A DNA stretch of 64,000 bases, from the NCBI GenBank assembly GCA_003344405.1, contig NOWV01000197.1:1-64000 (forward strand). Direction: 5' to 3'. The position numbers and the translations under genes were made by a program. Every line of letters starts with the position of its first letter. Within the stretch, counting starts at the first letter, position 1. Origin of the DNA: Trichoplax sp. H2 (taxonomy: Eukaryota). Positions 14,301 through 28,447 of this stretch are shown in pieces. The notes under the pieces were generated by a model. It was not told the DNA's origin. It did not search any database and saw only the letters and a program-made list of their open reading frames with translations.

Positions 14301-17300
14301 AAATAAATCGGCATTTTGACGTATATACTATGTATACTTAGTGATTGGAATTAGCTGTAGCCCAATTATATTGAAATATTAGAAAATACTGATGCATAGT
14401 AGATAACTCGTGCCCTCTTTGATTACATTATTAGGGAAATACCTTTCAAGTTGTTATTGTCACCGATGGTCAGCGTGAAAGCTATGCCATGTTTCTATAT
14501 GAAAATGACGGTTTACGCTGGCTACGATCACAACCAAAACTAGGCATAACTCCAAGATATCCACTGATAGGATTTGCCGCAGGTTAGAAAATAGTACTGC
14601 CTATCTTGTAATCAAATTAATGGTGAAATATCTATGCAGGCAGTATAATATAGATTTTAGGATATTAGACTTAGCTAAATCGGCACTGAATACAAGATAT
14701 TCATGCAATGATATTTAGGCAACGGAATAGGCTCTTATTCTTTGTATGGTTCAAGCACCGCTAATGCATCAGCACTGCCTTCACTATCCAATGTGGATAT
14801 ACCTGGCAAGTGGTTATATCAAATTGGTAATGGTAGCCCTGGCCAAGGCGGTAAGATAACACCAGCTGTCCTGGTCAATGGATCCAGTAAGTCAATACAT
14901 AGAATTATATTCCTCAGCGTAAATATTCTTATTTATACTTGGCAATCAAATTGTATAACGAATAGCGAAGATATGAATCAAAATTTTAGAACTTACTAAC
15001 TTTATCACTGATCCATCCATTCAACTGTACCTTAAGGGTTAATATTGCTAGTAATACGTATTTCCCATTCTACGCTTACACCCTTCGACTTCAATATTTA
15101 TCGAACCTATGATGTCAAAGAATCAGACTATGCAATTATTAAAATCGAATAAGTTTTTATGCTTCTTAGATTTAAAGTATCTAAGTAATAATTTTTCTTA
15201 TTCTATATCTTAAATTTGATTCATTTTTTTTCAATTTTCATAAAACGATCATACAGTACTTCATCATAGCAAAATAACTAGTATCTCACAGTTGCTGAGA
15301 ATGGCTCCTGAAAATATGCTTTGAATAAATTTTGACAAAAATTAATTTGGCAACCTAGCGCATAATAAATAATTTTTAATTCTTCCAAATTACACTACTT
15401 TAACTGCGGTATAAATTATCAAAATTTGCTCTAAAGTGATTACTTTTACATTCCATATCAATGAATTCATCATTATTATAACTAGAACGCGTAATAATTT
15501 AGTATCTGTCACAACCGAGATTGAAAAACAAAAATTAATGAGAATCTTTCCTCTAAAATAGTCTTAACTAACTCTAAGCACTCTTTAATTAATCTACCAA
15601 ACTTAGATTCGCGTCTTAGACGATAGAATACTCACGTTAAGAATCAAAACTTTATTCCAAAAGCTATTTATTTAAATAACCGATTGAACTCACAACTTAC
15701 AATCGACTACTAACAACGGATAACTATCTGTGATAGACCACCTTATCAACTCCCTTAATTAAGAACTTTAAGGCTTTTACATAGCCTTACAAACATCGTT
15801 GGTGCAAAGCAGTAATAAATTTATAGCCAAGTCTACATACTGAATATAGCAAGAATCACAGCACTCTTTCTATGACATTTGATAGTAGTTAATTCATGGC
15901 TAGATGTTAACATATGATTCATTACTTAACAAAATTATATCGTTGATGACGCTATAATTAATTAATTGCCACAGAATCTCACATCGAATAGGTTGACACT
16001 TGTAAATAAAATGCCATTATCCAGTTATGCAAGTTCTTCATTACAGTGCTAATTTTCTATAAATTAATTAAAATAGGCGTTAATCTGTGCTCTATGGGCT
16101 ATCCGCGCTGTTCCAGTCAGTCTATTTGTAACAACTATGCCACTGGTTACTGTTGTGCATGCCCTAATGGAACGAAAGGCAACGGCAAAATTTGCTATAG
16201 TCAAAGTAAGTTTAATATTGGTATTTTATAGCTGGGAGGATGCAACAATGTCATCTTCCAGCTATCAGTTTATTATTACTATTTACTAGAGTTGGACTCA
16301 TATCGATTTTAAAGTTTTACTGGCCTAATAACGTCTCATGTAGAGTTTATCTTTCTATTATAAACCAAAACTTTGAATTAGTTCATTCGATGTCACTGGC
16401 TGATGCCACCGTCCAAATCAACGTCCAACGTCAGAATAGCAATACTACACTTTCTGCACAAATGCACGGCCTTGCTTATCCTCGTAGCTTTTGCCGATGC
16501 TATTTAGCCATGTCACGAATTCCGATTGAGGAAGTAATTGTAGCTGAAGTTATTTTAGATGAATTGGGATTACTCTTAGGTTGGTACTATGCAGATCGAG
16601 CAGTCGGCGAACCAGAATCCCTTGCTAATGGTCATAGTCTAGCTGGCGATGGTTTTCATGGTACAAGTCGAATTCATTTTGGTCTCCAATCGGCATTTGT
16701 ACTAAAATATTCGATGGTTCCTACTGATGCTAATGCCGATAATATACTCATCAATATCGAAACATCTGGACTATTTCCAGATGTGACTCAGCTTTCAAAT
16801 AACGCCACATCCAATCAAACAGATCTATTTGCCCAATTTGAAGCCAATGATCAATATTTCTATAACGTCGCTCCTGGTAAGGAATTAGCCATCATAAATA
16901 ATCATGTTAACCTCAACGGAACCAATGCCATCTATCGTACAACTCGATTCATCTATCACACGCAATGTTCCTCTGATTGGAGAGCCAGTGGAGTTCGCGT
17001 TCGTTCAACAGATTCATATAGGCAATTTACTTATGATCCAACTCGCCAAATGGTTCAGTCTACGACGACATTTGCTTTAACCAATACTTCTGGAGGTAAG
17101 CAATCGATTGATAATGCTCTATGCGTCATTTTGTCCACAGTATTTATATCTCAATTTAAAGCACAGAACTTCATATAACTAATTTCAATATCGTATTAAC
17201 ATTGAGTTCATAACTAAAGTAGTAGCAGCTGACTGATAGTAATGATATTTGACGGTCTGCATAATGCGCTTGACTGAAATTAAGAATTACGTTAAAATGT

Positions 17301-20300
17301 TAATCCAGCCGATTCTTAATTTCAATATCGCGTCCCAGGAATAATTATAGAAATGGCAATAAGTTAACATATGATACTTACATGCTATGTATTAATATAC
17401 TTGATTTATATTGTGAAATATTTTATTACCATAGATTCTTAAATTAACATAAGAATCACTTGTTACAGTAGCGATTTTAAACGATTGCTCCATACCTATT
17501 TTGCTATTTATGACCAGATATCAACTTTTGCGCACTGAGTATTCATAATTGCGATTTACATCTTCAATATATATTTTCCAAAAGCATTTATATCTCAGTT
17601 TAGAGCACAGAAGAGCACATTATTAATTTCAATATCAAATTAATATTAAGTTTATAACTAAAGCAACAGTAGCTGACTGTATAACTATGATATTGTTAGT
17701 TATGCATAATGATTTTGAGTGAAATAAGGAAATGCGTTGAATTACTTATTCAACCAATTCATAATTTCAGTATCACTTCTCAGGAACAAGTATAAATGGT
17801 ATAGGTTCTTAACTTAAGTAAGAATAACTCTTTACTGAAGCAATCTAAATCGATGATTTGATATTTATTTTGCTATATATGACCAGATGTCAACTTTTGC
17901 GCACTGGGTGTCCATGATTGCGATCCAATTGCTCAATGTTTTACAGAACCTTATTCCTATCGTTGTGTCTGTCCTCAAGGTTATACTGGTGATGGGCATG
18001 TTTGTATAGGTCAGCTAATTAAAATCCTTTTCATGTGTACCTTCTTATCTAATTTATGGAAAATTAACAGCAGTATTTAAGTTATCTAATCACGTTAATA
18101 TTGATATCTAAACTCAGCAGTTAAACGTCTTTAAATATTTTATGCAGATGTTAATGAATGTTATGATGGTACAATTTGTCAGCCTAAAAGTAATTCCTAC
18201 TGTATCAATACTCCTGGTTCCTACAAATGTCAATGTTTTCATGGTTACCTTGAGACAGCAAATAATACTTGCATCGGTACACTTCATAATCGCATTATTA
18301 TTAGTTGTTATCAGATACTTCTTTAAGTTTAACTTGCCTTCAATTTCCGTGATTTTAGACCTAAATGAGTGCTCTAGTGGTATCAATAACTGCAGCCAAT
18401 ACGCTAATTGTACTAACACAATTGCATCCTATTACTGCGACTGCTGGCATGGCTACTATGGCGATGGAAATAATTGTACATGTAAGTGCGATCATGCAGC
18501 TAGATTTCATTACGATTACGGCACCTTAGGCCATATAAACTCTAAAACTAGTTCTAGTTACCGATGTTTAACCTAGTCATTTAATAGAGAATAATTAATC
18601 CAGCCTGATAGATAAGATTAATTTGATGCCATTTAAATAGCATAGGTATATGCAATTATATTTTATAAACTTTTAGCTCCGTCTATCGAACATAAAATAT
18701 GCTCCTTAGCAGTCTATTTTAGATAGCCAGCTAAATAGATATATAGTTCTTTCTGTAAACACAAATTGATATGCTTTCTATGTGATATAATGACGATCAT
18801 CAATGGTTTCAAATTTAAAGCTTTAATCCTCGTAAATTTATAATCCGTATGTAAAATAACATTAAAGGCAAAAATTGATAGCTACAATTGGTAGCTTCAT
18901 GATGAATAATAACGATATTTTAATTTAGTTATACCATGTAGATTGTGTCATCGTGACGCTATTTGCACCCGCGATAGAGCTGGTGATGAAATTTGTACCT
19001 GTAAACCCGGTTATGAAGGCGATGGAAGATTATCATGTCGAGGTTCATTCAACGTTACTTTCTTCCCTAGATAATGCATGACCTTGCATCAGTAGGACTA
19101 TAAGCAAATCAAGATAACAACTCTTATCTTGAGAATCTAAGGATTTTTTTCTTCACTTTTTGATATTTTTAATTAGATATCAATGAATGTTCATCCCCTA
19201 CGCTAAATAATTGTAGCCAGTTTGCATCTTGTACTAACAGCAATGGTTCCTTCTCTTGTGCTTGCCTTCCAGGCTATAAGGGAAATGGAGAGAATTGTAC
19301 AGGTTAATATCTATCATGTAGCAATTTCATTCATAACAGCAAAAAGAGCCTACTTTTTCAATGTTATTCTTTGATCCAAAATTGTTAATTTATCAAGCTC
19401 TGGTAAGATAAAGTTATAGTACTTTTCAGACATACTTTACTTATCTTGCAATAAAATTTCGTCCATGTTTCACTCAATCAACAGTACGAATAACTGTTAG
19501 CCCTATATGATTCATTTTAATTTTTACCATAATATATTTTTATATTTAATGTATAATAAATTATTGATCTAACATGTAAGTTATTAATAGAGTATTTCAT
19601 ATTCAATCTAATGTAGGTCTTGTGGATTAAAGTCATTACTTACTTAAGCTATCTTAAAACATATTTGGCCAATTTGGCTAGTAACAAATGCAACGATGAA
19701 TTTATTCTTTGCTAATTCAATATAATATTCATTGTTGATCATAAGTTGAGCATAACTTCAATTTTTGCATTTGATCACTCAGCGGAGTTTTTCTATATAT
19801 CCTCGACTTAGATATTAATGAATGTGTCGAAGAATCCTATCGATGCGTACCTAATTCCAGCTGCGATAATTCAATCGGTTCCTTTAACTGTTCTTGCAAT
19901 GACGGTTATCGTGGAAATCCGTATGCACCAACTGGAAATTGTACCGGTAAGAGATAACCAATCTAATGGAAACAGATTGCGATGCATGAAATAGAACTAA
20001 AATTCTAACATTACTACATGAACGTTCACTTTAAGATATAAATGAATGCGAAGAAGGAAGCCATAATTGCCACCGATATGGTATCTGCACTAATTCACCT
20101 TCGACTTTTTCCTGTCGATGTGAAACTGGATTTATAGGCAATGGGACATTCTGCGAATGTAGGTCTATGCTGTGTGTAAATCAATTTTATCTTTCGATTT
20201 CTTCGCTTTCATTCATCCTGTTTCAATTACAGTACCTTGCAAGCGATGTTTTAATGGTGGCAAATGTATTAATGACACTGAATGCGATTGTCCTCCTGGA

Positions 20301-22367
20301 TTCGCAGGACGATATTGCCAATTGAGTAAGATTGAGCATAATTTACCTCAAATTTTCATTCTTTCTTGTATCAAGAAGTAATATTTAAAATTAAGGCCAA
20401 TTTAAAAATAACTACTGCGCTGCCAAATTGTACACTCTACAGCGTTGTTCAAATCGCTTTTCTTCACAAAAACTATAATAAAAGGAATATGAATGCGCTG
20501 CTCACTACTGGTAATATTTAAGCTACTTAGCAAATCAAAACTGCAAAAGTTCATTAGTTCCCATAAAACTGACTAATTACTAACAGCCAATAAAAGTAAA
20601 TACTTATTATAAAATATTGCATCCAAGAAGGACAGAAGTATTGCTGTAAATGCCAGGTCTAGCTAAAACGAATAAAATTATGCACTTAATTTCAATCAAT
20701 AGATGAAGGATCTTTCCTAGCATATGCCCAAGGATATACTATACAACGAGTTAACTTTCCTGCTAATACCTCCGATCCAACTGTCATTGTCCATGATCAG
20801 TATCAGCTTGGCATTGGAATCGATTTCGACTGCAAAGAAAATAGCATTTATTGGTCCAATATTGGCGGCGGTAAATCGATTATGAAATCAGATCCAATTG
20901 GTGGCAATGTTACTGTCGTAGCTACGCTGAATGATTCAAGTAGTGTGGAAGGTAAATAATAAATAGTTTCGGCTTCGTAAATTGGAATAGCTTTTATCTT
21001 TACACTACATAAATGAATTCTTTCTCATTTTCAGGTATTGCAATCGATTCTATCAGTCGTACCATATATTGGACTGATTCAGGCAATGATGTTATTGAAG
21101 TTATGAAATTGGACGGAACCAATCGACAAGTTTTGTTTGATACTGAATTAGTCAATCCAAGAGCTATTGCTATTGATCCTGTTGTTGGGTAAAAAATTAT
21201 GCATCTTTCGAACGTATGATTTTATGTCGCAATCCACTATAGAAATCTTTAAATTCTTCCATCTAATTACGAACTTACTTTATTGGGTCCGATAGTTTCA
21301 TCTTTTGGACTGATTGGAATCGTGAGAATCCAAGAATTGTGCGTTCAACAGCCGATGGCAAAGATCGAGTCAATTTAGTTGTAGGGAATTTAAAACTTCC
21401 CAACGCACTGACATTAGATACTGAACTTAAGAGAGTTTATTGGGCGGATGCTGGAACTAATATGGTAGAATATTGCAGCTATACTGGCGAAGGTAGAAAG
21501 ACATTACATAAGGTAAATTTTACTAAATCAGCGGCTGTACTTGCTAATTTATTGAGGCAATTCGTGTACATTTTATTAAATCCAATTTAAAGTTATCAAG
21601 AGAATATCAGTAACACCATTTTCTATTATCAATTAGTAAGGTGTAGCATTTTATTACTATACAATGATAGTGACTATGCTTTCATTAGTTTTTTAAATAA
21701 TTTACATCTCTTACTTATCCAAATTAACTGTAATAAACACGTATTTCAAGATCGCTGATGACAAATTGGATTCATTATCAAGCTGTAATCATCATTTCAT
21801 ATACTGTAGTATAGTGTTACTTCTCACTAACGATAGTCAAATCTTAAGATATCTTTAATCAGTTCATTAACTTTCATATCTTATATGTCAAAATTGATCG
21901 TAGAATGCGAGTACTTCCAGGATAAGTAATGATCAATTAGATTTATTATTAAGTTTAATTCAACACTAAATGATTTTACGTATTTGATCAGGGTTTTAGC
22001 ACCGGAAACTCATTAATTTATCCATTTGCCCTTGCCCTTTATGGTGACTACCTATATTGGTCTGACTGGTCCTCTTATGATCTACAAAGAATTCATCGAA
22101 TTACCGGTAAATTGCTCGATCCAATTTCAACTAAACCACTAGGTGGATCATACTATAGAATTGATGGCATTGCATCTGTCATCAAGGAATGTTCTCAAGG
22201 TATGTAGAAACTTATTCATATATATCTCATATGCAATAAGTTTATAACACAGAAAATCGATTAATTTTTCTTTTCTCATTTCAGGCGCAAATGCATGTGG
22301 TTCTATGCCTATCGTCAACTGTAATCTATGCTTGCCAGGGTTAAATAATACACGTACATGCTACTGA
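11386..22367 (+). CDS. NID: Nidogen/entactin-like basement-membrane protein, about 1176 aa: signal peptide, NIDO, EGF, G2, 8 EGF/cbEGF, YWTD beta-propeller (G3), truncated terminal EGF
   Basis: 19 phase-compatible exons: 11386-11592, 13359-13646, 14435-14582, 14719-14886, 16077-16205, 16382-17095, 17887-18009, 18148-18276, 18359-18481, 18929-19042, 19177-19302, 19812-19946, 20036-20158, 20233-20325, 20703-20951, 21035-21188, 21296-21512, 21992-22199, 22285-22367. Motifs: [30 protein letters not shown] (NIDO); DINEC repeats; [20 protein letters not shown]...[42 protein letters not shown] (nidogen G3). Confidence 0.93.
11662..12305. repeat. Three degenerate tandem copies of about 215-225 bp in nidogen intron 1
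   Basis: Units begin attaacaatgattttgaagtt (11663), attaacaatgatcttaaaatt (11886) and attagcgacgatcttaaagtt (12100), sharing internal motifs such as ttattgatgca and tagtctatcccaaa. Confidence 0.8.
13805..13985. repeat. Direct repeat of about 65 bp, period about 111 bp, in nidogen intron 2
   Basis: catttctatttcatgacataat(c/t)tacgtt(c/t)agttttccttatc(c/t)actcttaaaa occurs twice. Confidence 0.8.
17135..17925 (+). repeat. Intragenic duplication of the intron plus the 5' part of an EGF exon, leaving a pseudo-exon at 17518-17603
   Basis: 17135-17557 is colinear with 17577-17926. Both end tgaccag|AT(A/G)TCAACTTTTGCGCACTG(A/G)GT. Confidence 0.8.
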
Positions 22368-25300
22368 TTTTAATCTGGGAAATTATTTTTGCTATACGTA
22401 GTGCTTTATTGTAGTCTCATCTAGCGTTATTTAATATATTTTATATGCAAATCACTCGTACTTTTATTGTTGAATCTAACTGTAGTGGAAACATTTCAAT
22501 TATTTTTCGTTTTCATATTACTTAAACTTACGTATAAAAAATTGGAAAATTTTTAATAACGCTGTCTTTTCTTAGGAAAGTAGTGGCATCATTAGCTATA
22601 CTCTAGGCATATAGCGGTAATGTCGTAGTAGAAATTACTTAATTTTATAAATTTAGTCAGATTCTCTTGTCAAATAAATCAAATTTAACTTTCGCATCCT
22701 TTTTCTGCAATGCTATTAAAGATTAAATTTAAATCACTGATAAAAGTAATAGGTTGCAGTAGTTTAATTTTAAATATAAAGTCAAGTTTTGACACTGACC
22801 AACGCTGATATCAAGCAATCGATTTCCGCGTTTCCTTATTCACCTACAGTACGAAATTGATAATTGAAAGATAATTTTGTTGATGATTATATAATTATAT
22901 GTGACTGTAACCAAGTAAATATTTTAGTCTTTATTAAAGTCTGTTAGAGTGAGCATATGCGTAAGTTGGCCATGACCTATCCTGTACTATTTTAAGAAAA
23001 ACGATTGACAGTTGTTATGCGTCCGAAATTGCTACAAAAGTACCTTAGCAACATCCAATTTCTAAGAAGGGGCTCGGAAAGAACAAGTTAACATTGCCTG
23101 TTTTACTGCATTCGAATTAATACCATCAACTTGCCGCTACTTTGCAATCTTGAATGGATTTAAATCGAGAAATTTAGAGTGCTCTTGTATTCGTACTTTA
23201 TTATAATTATGGAAGTAGAATACTCTTTACCATACATAGCATTATAACTACCTCATGCTTTGTCTTCGTAAACAACAATTATAATCTTCTATCAAGTTAG
23301 TTAATCCTGTTCGTTAGGCGGTAAACCAGCACACTTATATTGTCTACTTTACTAAAGCAATCCGACTACAGTACTTCACGTCTATTAAACTTGACATGAT
23401 TATCTACAGAATTTACTATAACAAAGGCTGCTATTCGTCCTGCATCTATCATAGAGCTAATACTAAAATTGCCGATTTAATTAATTAAAGAAGACAACCA
23501 TCCGTGGGATAAATTTCTAATCACAGGGAATAAGTTTCAGTTAATTGTAGTACGGCACCGGTATCCATTCGATCCTTAATTGTTTGAGCAGCTCCCCTAC
23601 TGTTAAAACCAAATAATACCCGTAAACAACCGAAATTTTCCCACCATGATCTAAACATTCTCTATCAGCCTAAATTATACGATTTCATTACTGACAGTAC
23701 AAATAAAATCAGAATATGGAATTCATAAATATTAATTAGTGACAAGTATTAATTAACACTCGGTCTAGTCTATAGTAAGCCTGTATTGCACATTATATAA
23801 TTTAACGTAAAAGGTTAGCACCGGGGTTATTTGTGTAACATATGAAATTGTATATAAGATTGATTATTAATTTTTGATCTCAGTTCCACTGAGACTAACG
23901 TAGAGTGCACTGGTACTAACGTAAACGGGCTAGTAATAAATATATTTATTAAACTAAACCTATCGTTTGACTCGATTACTATACTGTAGTATAGGAATAA
24001 GTTAGTTTTCCCTTACTGAGGATCTCCGGAGTTAGTTGGAGAACCATAAGAGTAGATAGACTAGTTTAGGTACGATCACGAAAGTTGTTTTGTGACAACA
24101 CTACTTATACACTATCCAAAATTATACAATTTAATACTGAGGTTGTAGGCAAAATTAAAATCAATACCTATGTTGGCATAATGGTAATACTAAGGTATCA
24201 CAAGTGTTTGAATAAAATTGAACTAATAATATAATGAAATTTTTGCTTAAATTTTGCTCTATAATCGGAGAAAATTCAACTTATTTATTATTGCTCTGTT
24301 ATAGTATCCTTATTCAATGTTACAAGCTCTATATCTATTTAATTCATCGGCTCTCTCGGCTTATCGAAAATTGTTCGACTCTATAGTCAAGATTGATTTT
24401 ACCTTTCATTTACTATTTTATGTAATTCTTGTTTTTACTAACGACTTGTAGATAGAAATCTCATTTGAAGCCGTTTTCCGGGATATTTGCTTCTAGTCTA
24501 GATGTACTGCTTTATTATTATTTTAAATTTCATTGTAATACATCGTTCTAAAGTTAATGGCCTGCTAAATAATATAAAAAACAAAACACACGACTACACA
24601 TGATATTTGCAATATAATTTTAATCAGAATTAGATGCAACTGTTACCAACTACTTCAGAGTAAGCACAAGTCAGTCAGTAATCATCCATCTTGTAACATT
24701 TTAAGAAAAGTGATTGATAGCTGTCGTAAATTCCAAATTCTTAGAGAAGTAGCAGTAAAAGACTATTTATTGTCTGAGAAACAACTTTAAAGGACCAAGT
24801 TAGCATTATCAGTTTCACTATATTTAGAATTGATATCGGCAACTTGCGGCGACTTTATAAACTTAAATGGATTAAAATCGTCTATATTTTGAGAGTGTTC
24901 TTGTAAATTTAGTTTAATATAGAATAGGATACTCTTTCCCATATGCAGTATTACTACATTATGCTCTGTCTTCACAAATAATAATCTAATTCGCTAATAC
25001 TGCTAATTATACGGTATTCTAGCATATTTTACTTTGTCGACTTAACTACATCTTTTTCGTCCATAGTTTCTATATTGAATTTTTAGTGATTATCCACGAA
25101 ACTTACCACAACAAAGACTACCATTCGCTCTGTATCTAGTATAGAGCTAGCTAATATTTAAGTTGATCAATTTAACGAAAGGAGACAACCGCCTGCGGGG
25201 ATGGATGTCTATTTATTTATAAGCAATAAGTTTCGATAGCAGTAGCCGCTTACTTCTTAATTACACGACTAGATTTTTTACGATAAATTCGAATAATAAT

Positions 25301-26533
25301 AATAATAGTCTAAATGCTACATTTTTCATTGTTCAGTGCCACTTTATGTAATTACAAGCCTTTTGAAGTTAATAAATTGAGTAATTCTATCTCGATATTG
25401 TAATTTTTCGTTGGAATTTAAATTTGTATAACGGTCTATCGCTGTGCTATAGTACTACGAAAGTTAAAGAACGCGTATGTGCCGTACTAATTAAGTGTAG
25501 GAGATTAATTCAGATATAGAAGTGAGTCCGTAGTTTCATTAATTATTGCTCGAAAATTGTACGAAGGAATAATAATTAATTGTTCGTAGTGAACTACTTA
25601 TGTTAGAATCTACTATACCTGTAGAAATTAGTTTATCCTAGTTATAATATTATGTCAATCCTAAATTTTAAACTTGCTAAAATAATGAAAGGTAAATATT
25701 AAATTCTATATCTTGGAAAGAGCTTGATATTCTCCTAAATTAACGATAGACGATTGTATATAAAAAATGTGTAACAATTACTGTTTTTGGTACATTTAAT
25801 AAACTAGTATCTGATAGAAACTCTTGTTAATTTAAGATTATCGCGGAAGTAATCTAGTTTTATCCATAGAAATAATATATGGTAATTTCCATTAATAAAC
25901 AATAATAGTTAAGAATGCAAAAAATCATCAAATTAATTTACATTAGTCTTACAAAAAATAAATTAATACGAGTGGTTAAGAAATCGTAGTCAACGTAAGA
26001 ATGATTACCGTAATTTCATGATCCGAATAGGTTTCAGGAATTTTATCATTTGTTATTTCAATATACAGTATATAGCTAATTCTACTCTTTACTATTAGAG
26101 TGAAGAAATTAAAGGAAAATTCTTCAATATCAATAAAGGGATGATTACCAACGCAAGTATATCATGTACGGTGCATTAATATAAAACATCTAGGACTTGC
26201 ATAATTATCATCGTATTGTCAAATTATTTACGTTTACGTTTCATAGATGAGCCAGTAGTTTTATCGTTAGGCAATGTCTACATATTTATACTAGCTTAAT
26301 AAATCTTGCACAATCATATAATTATGAGAAAGTGGCCTAACACTAAGTTAGATAATAAATTTTATCGGCCTATTGATATGAATTTATTAGAGTTGGACAT
26401 AAAGTTTAATTTGAAAAGATTATGTTTACTCTTATCATGTGGGAGAAATAATCTTCACACTTTAATTTCGGATGTTCCAGAGCAACAACGCGAGCCTTAA
26501 CGCTAACGATCTCATCCAAAATGATCAAACTTT

Positions 26534-28447
26534 TTATCTTCCAACTTTACCAAGTGAACGATCTGTCTTCGGATTGGCAGTTAAACGTTGTACAGCGACA
26601 ATAGCAGCATTAATACCATTCTGTAGTTCGCGTAGTTCAGCTATATGTAGAATTTGTATGATTTTTGCGGCCTGCTCAACAACTGGATCTGTAATAATGA
26701 GTTATATTAAAGGTTTTGATAAAGTAACAACACGCGTCAAATGTATTTATTGCACAGTGTGCCAAAATTAACAGCATCCAATGATTGCAATGGTATCAGA
26801 ACACGTCGGCTATACCTTTCACACTAGGTACACAGCTAGGAGTACTAGCGAGTGAGCGGTAGAGTTCCTAGAGTAAACAGACAGCGTAAAATGATTGATA
26901 TATGATTTAAAATTTCAACTTTGAAGAAAACACTAAATAGGCAAATAGTAAAATGTATAACTAATAGCGTTCTGGTTCTGCCATACAAAGATTCATATCG
27001 CTAGAGCAAAAATTGACATTGATATAGAATATATTTCTAGCTTTCTGATATATCGTAATAGCAACTGCAGCACTTACTATGAATTTATTATTATTACGTT
27101 GCTAAATTCAATGTGGTATAAAATCTTACTAATCATACCTCTTCTTGGGCTGATTGGTTGCTATTAAGACTATTTGAAGACAGTTTACTTTCGATAAGAT
27201 TACGAATACCCTATAAGGCAATGAAGATGATTTACTACTAAGGCTATCATATCATTGACAGGATAGCGTAGAACTTTATAGATATGTTTCTTCATACTAA
27301 TGCAGCATTTTAGCATACATCAATACATATAGCGCAATCTTACTTACCTCTAGCATTAGTAAATGTTGATCTTGATCTTGGTATGGTGGCATTTCAAGTA
27401 GTTCAGCTAGTTGTCTAATTCCGGATCTCAATTGAGGATCATCATCTATCATTAGAGTCATTATAGTAATTTTACTGCATTTTAATCAATTATTGTATTT
27501 ACGAATAATTATTATCATTGCAATTAGAGATAATTAATCAAATGTTTATTGCAAGCAATATTAAAATTGACAATGCAATGATTTTTCCCATGATGTTACG
27601 AATAATAGTGGAATAAAACCAACCCGATATAGCCAACAACTCATCGATTTCCAACTTTTGTATTTTATGCAGAGTAATGTTGGGTTCACTCTGATATAAT
27701 TGCACTAAAACAGTATGAAGACGATCAATTCATTATACAGTCATAAGTTATGCATGAAAGATATCTTGTGATGTCGTTCTTACGATTGTCTTGAAATTTT
27801 AAGCGACATGCATATCCTAACAGCCATTCAGTAATTTCTTTCCTTTGATTGGATTTGACTGGGCATTTCAGTAATTTTAGGTACTAACAAGACAAAAAGA
27901 GTTTTCATCACGAGTTCAATTTATTTTAAGAACAAGGGTGGAAGTTGAATTACGTCCAATCTATAAGAAGTTGATTAGTATTGACTGCAAAAAGTGATGC
28001 TATCATCGATTCGTTTCTATGGCTCACTTTTGTAAAATGATCAGGCCAAGTTTGGCTATCGATAGCTCGCAATTCGTCTCTTTCATTGACTTTGCAATGC
28101 CTTATAATCGTGTCTTCTAGCCAAACGACCAAATTTTGAAATGCTTTCTCATCTGGTGAAATTGATGATAAAGATGAGATTAATTTGGGCATTGTTTGAG
28201 CTTGTATTTTATGGCACTATATCGATAATACGCTGTGGTGATACTGCACATCGTGACGATGGCAGCGTCTCTGACTATAGGCATAGTCTATATTGTACAA
28301 AATTATCAATGTACTTGATGCAAGAGAATAATAACGACACCTATCCTAGCTGGTCGTAATACATGTACTAAAGTTGTGTTGACCTTGGCAATGGAAATGA
28401 TTGGGATCAGCATAGAATTGCAAGGCTTGCAGTTTGCGCTTGAACAT
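26534..28447 (-). CDS. RTRAF: RNA transcription, translation and transport factor (C14orf166/CGI-99, tRNA-ligase complex subunit), 248 aa
   Basis: 8 exons: 28447-28384, 28152-28028, 27883-27784, 27704-27624, 27445-27348, 27210-27139, 26867-26816, 26688-26534. Starts MFKRKLQAL, contains FQNLVVWLEDTIIRH and EWLLGYACRL, and ends LHIAELRELQNGINAAIVAVQRLTANPKTDRSLGKVGR*, the family's characteristic C-terminus. Confidence 0.96.

Noticed and set aside
16392..16402. Possible non-canonical acceptor (cactgg|CT) for the G2 exon
   Set aside because: A canonical in-phase AG at 16380-16381 explains the junction.
26472..26771. 99-aa plus-strand ORF
   Set aside because: Antisense shadow of the last RTRAF exon.
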